Assembly (NCBI GenBank): GCA_043801585.1
Contig: JAZDLX010000149.1
Span: 1-19,448, forward strand
Length of the DNA: 19,448 nucleotides
Origin: a bacterium
Lineage (GTDB): Bacteria; Electryoneota; Electryoneia; Electryoneales; Electryoneaceae
Direction of reading: 5' to 3'
Part shown: piece by piece, positions 16,908 to 19,448 of the stretch
Layout: the number at the start of each line of letters is the position of its first letter
Numbering within the stretch: position 1 is the stretch's first letter
The notes under the pieces: generated by a model
The model's database searches: none
What the model was told of the DNA's origin: nothing
What the model saw: the letters and a program-made list of their open reading frames with translations, nothing else
Position numbers and translations under genes: made by a program

Positions 16908-17660
16908 ATACAACCTCTTCCTCACGAGAAAGGAATCTGCCGTTGCGTAGAACACCTCAGGAACGGTCCACAGCAACGGATGCTCGCCCTCGTTGACCAG
17001 CAGCAGCTCCGCACCGGGAATTTGTGCGGCCATTTCCGGCAACTGCGTCCCGATCTGAGGCACAGTGGTATCCCGCAAACTTCCGGCGAGCAGGACCGGG
17101 CATCTTATCTGCTTCAGCCGTCCCTCGAAATAATCAACATCGCCCTGCTCCGCCAGTCTCAGCATCATATCGGTGTCCGCTCGAACAACCTCCCGCCAGT
17201 CCGCGCCGTGCGCCATCAACCAGAATCCGACCAGTTCGGGCGAGGGTTCCTTTCGATGCTGCATCATCTCGCCGAGACGGTCGGCGGGGTAACGGGTGAC
17301 ACAGGATTCGGCAATAACACAACGGATCATTTCGGCATGATCGATGGCGAGCGTCAGCGCGACCAGCGCTCCTCCGCTCGACCCAATCATCATCGCCGGT
17401 CCGGAACCCAGATACTCGAGCAGCGCCGCAACGTCTTCCACGTTCCGCTGCCACCAGTCGAGTGGCCAATCGGACAATCGTGACGACTTGCCGGTGCCGA
17501 GGTAGTCGGGACAGATAACACGGTAGCGCTGTGAGAAGTACTCGATCTCGCGGGCGTGCATCGCCGAGGAGGAGGTGTTGCCCGGCAGGATCAACAGCAA
17601 TGGCCCCTGGCCTGCCTCCCGGTAGTGCATGGTCATATCGTGGACAGTGACAACAGGCAT
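16905..17660 (-). CDS. Alpha/beta fold hydrolase
   Basis: MHYREAGQGPLLLILPG, YRVICPDYLGTGKS, nucleophile elbow GSSGG, PVLLAGSLRD (acid) and GEHP (His). Likely start is ATG 17660. Confidence 0.9.
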   Translation of the reverse strand: MPVVTVHDMTMHYREAGQGPLLLILPGNTSSSAMHAREIEYFSQRYRVICPDYLGTGKSSRLSDWPLDWWQRNVEDVAALLEYLGSGPAMMIGSSGGALVALTLAIDHAEMIRCVIAESCVTRYPADRLGEMMQHRKEPSPELVGFWLMAHGADWREVVRADTDMMLRLAEQGDVDYFEGRLKQIRCPVLLAGSLRDTTVPQIGTQLPEMAAQIPGAELLLVNEGEHPLLWTVPEVFYATADSFLVRKRLY

Positions 17661-17705
17661 ATCTTTAACGTTCCTTTTCAAACGTAAGTTAATACATCTG
17701 TTTAC

Positions 17706-18740
17706 TCACAGATTTTCCCATAATGAATAGCCTTCATAATGATATATACTCCATTCACGAAGATGATCTGCAATACTCCCAAATCCTGGAAACAACAATG
17801 ACCTATTATAGCCTTCATTATCAAGAATTTGTAATAATATTGCGGCTTCTGATGATTTTAACAAAATTTTTGTTAACATAGGAAAACCTTCTACTTTGAC
17901 ATATTGATCCATTTTCTCATTATCCATTCCGATTGGATTCTCTCCAAATTTTGGTGGTTCCAATTTGTTCCAATAAACTGATACGCCGCTTTGAGCAGTG
18001 AGATTCAGGTTACCATATCTTGGGGCACTGAATACCTTAAATGGTAACCTATAATTCCCTTGACCACTAGGATAATTAGTTGGATCCAATAGTAGTAACC
18101 ATACGGCAAGGTATTCTGGTTTTTTATCACTAGTACCACTCTTACATTTTCTTAATGAATCTATAGCTGCAAAATAAGCAGCTACATAAGGATTTTCAGT
18201 CCAATCAAGTAGTCTTGTTGGGATACCATAATGTTGCGCAAGTGAATATATTGGAATTAATTCTTGATTTTCTTCTTCATCTAACTCTATTGGTCCTAAA
18301 ACTGGGATACCTTCCCAATATTTATAGTCACCAACCAGTTTTCTTTTCATTTCATAAGACAACCCAGGAACAAGTAATCCTTGCCTATCAGCTACAGAAA
18401 CAAAACGTGTTACACCCAGTCTTTCCAATCCTGCTCTTGTCCATTCGTCATGTTTTGGAATAGTACTACTACCTAGAATTCTTTCTCCCCTATGACCAGG
18501 ATCAGCTAAATTCTGCAGAAATCTTGTCCCGTCCTTTCTGAAGGCGCTTGGTGTTAATTCCCAATCAGCATCCCCCTGTCCTCTGAAAATAAAAGTGACT
18601 TCATACTGATGAGATTTCGGAAAACTACTTAACAATCGGCCAATATTTGTGGGTCGAATCACACCAAGAAATTCTCGCGCACTATCGAAACGTGTAGGGT
18701 ATTCCCATACACGCGGGATCTTGTCTTCTTTTGCTTCCAT
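17706..18740 (-). CDS. FRG domain-containing protein (low GC)
   Basis: IFRGQGDADWELTPSAFR, LAQHYGIPTRLLDWTENPYVAAYFA, N..AQSG and LLFPG are FRG-family motifs. ATG 18740 follows SD GGAGG; alternative start at 18773. Confidence 0.9.
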   Translation of the reverse strand: MEAKEDKIPRVWEYPTRFDSAREFLGVIRPTNIGRLLSSFPKSHQYEVTFIFRGQGDADWELTPSAFRKDGTRFLQNLADPGHRGERILGSSTIPKHDEWTRAGLERLGVTRFVSVADRQGLLVPGLSYEMKRKLVGDYKYWEGIPVLGPIELDEEENQELIPIYSLAQHYGIPTRLLDWTENPYVAAYFAAIDSLRKCKSGTSDKKPEYLAVWLLLLDPTNYPSGQGNYRLPFKVFSAPRYGNLNLTAQSGVSVYWNKLEPPKFGENPIGMDNEKMDQYVKVEGFPMLTKILLKSSEAAILLQILDNEGYNRSLLFPGFGSIADHLREWSIYHYEGYSLWENL

Positions 18741-18840
18741 TTTTTCCTCCAAAAGTTTCAGATGAGGTGTCATATGGTAATTAATAAATATCGTTAATCC
18801 ATTAATAGTCTCCTAAACCAAGGTTCCTGGCACACGACCT

Positions 18841-18871
18841 AAAAAGAAAACCGAGCCCTTAATGGGATCGG
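18841..18871 (-). terminator. Probable rho-independent terminator downstream of the oxidoreductase gene
   Basis: Minus strand CCGAtCCC-attaa-GGGcTCGG-TTTTCTTTTT. Confidence 0.65.
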
Positions 18872-18949
18872 GTCTTCCGACTCAGTGCCCGGTCCTACAG
18901 TTCTCTTCTGAACTATCTTTTCAGGGAATGTTCAAAGAAAAACAGCCGA

Positions 18950-19448
18950 TCAAATTGTCAAATCCGCCTCGGCCACCACTTGCCGCCCGCGATCGAAAGC
19001 CTTCAAATTCAATTCCACTGTCTTCGGCGGGACCATCGAGGAGATGGTGTCACGCCAGACCTGCTCCGGGATCTCGAGGCTGGTGGAAAGCGCGCCGAGC
19101 AGCACGGTATTCGTCACCTTCGGGTTGCCCAGGTCCCGGGCGATCTTCTGGGTCTCGATGGGAACCACACGTCCCCGGCACACCTCTTTTGCGCGTCCGA
19201 GAGGATCCTCAGGGTACTTCACACTGTCCTTACGTTCCGGACCTTTCGGGGGTTGCAGCGTCTGTGTCGAGGCGAGCAGCGCTCCCCCCTCTTTCACTTC
19301 ATGCGCAAAACGGAGCGCCTCGGCGGCTTCGAAGGCAAGTACGACATCCGACTGGCCCGCCGCGATCAGCGGGCTGTGGACAATCTCGCCGAAGCGCACA
19401 TGGCTGGAGACAACTCCGCCGCGCTGACTCATCCCGTGGATCTCGGAT
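18950..19448 (-). CDS. iorB: Indolepyruvate:ferredoxin oxidoreductase beta subunit (POR gamma-like); 5' end outside the window
   Basis: SEIHGMSQRGGVVSSHVRFG..VHSPLI, DVVLAFE..EALR, NTVLLGALS and ELNLKAFDRG motifs. The frame is open to the window edge. Confidence 0.88.
   Translation of the reverse strand, partial: SEIHGMSQRGGVVSSHVRFGEIVHSPLIAAGQSDVVLAFEAAEALRFAHEVKEGGALLASTQTLQPPKGPERKDSVKYPEDPLGRAKEVCRGRVVPIETQKIARDLGNPKVTNTVLLGALSTSLEIPEQVWRDTISSMVPPKTVELNLKAFDRGRQVVAEADLTI

Noticed and set aside
16866..17483. 205-aa plus-strand ORF
   Set aside because: Antisense to the well-supported alpha/beta hydrolase and starts within the inverted repeat.
17661..17705. attC-like TTAAC...GTTAA between FRG and the hydrolase
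   Set aside because: About 35 nt, too short for attC, and the core sites do not fit the consensus.
18828..18845. Second sigma54 promoter (TGGCAC...)
   Set aside because: No GC at the -12 position (GG-N10-AA), and it points toward the 3' end of a convergent gene.

Overview
Bacterial chromosomal segment, roughly 55-60% GC by eye, with clear Shine-Dalgarno motifs and sigma70/sigma54-type promoters. Left to right: 5' part of glmS (-); a 2233-aa SprA/Sov-like type IX secretion translocon (-); an NYN/LOTUS protein with a long basic low-complexity tail (-); an uncharacterised beta-rich lipoprotein with a sigma54 promoter, tandem palindromic upstream sites and its own terminator (-); a tightly coupled operon of a TrmJ-type SPOUT methyltransferase, two paralogous secreted PEGA/beta-barrel proteins and a small winged-helix-like protein (-); divergently, ruvB, an HXXEE membrane protein and queA (+); an AT-rich nested palindrome; an alpha/beta hydrolase (-); a low-GC FRG-domain gene (-); and the 3' part of an indolepyruvate oxidoreductase beta subunit (-). 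The most notable unexplained structures are the nested TGTACCWGGTACA palindromic element, with a degenerate copy at the far edge of the FRG island, the sigma54/enhancer-controlled lipoprotein, and the tandem PEGA-barrel paralogues near sprA in what looks like a non-Bacteroidota host. All family assignments are from motif recognition; no database searches were run.
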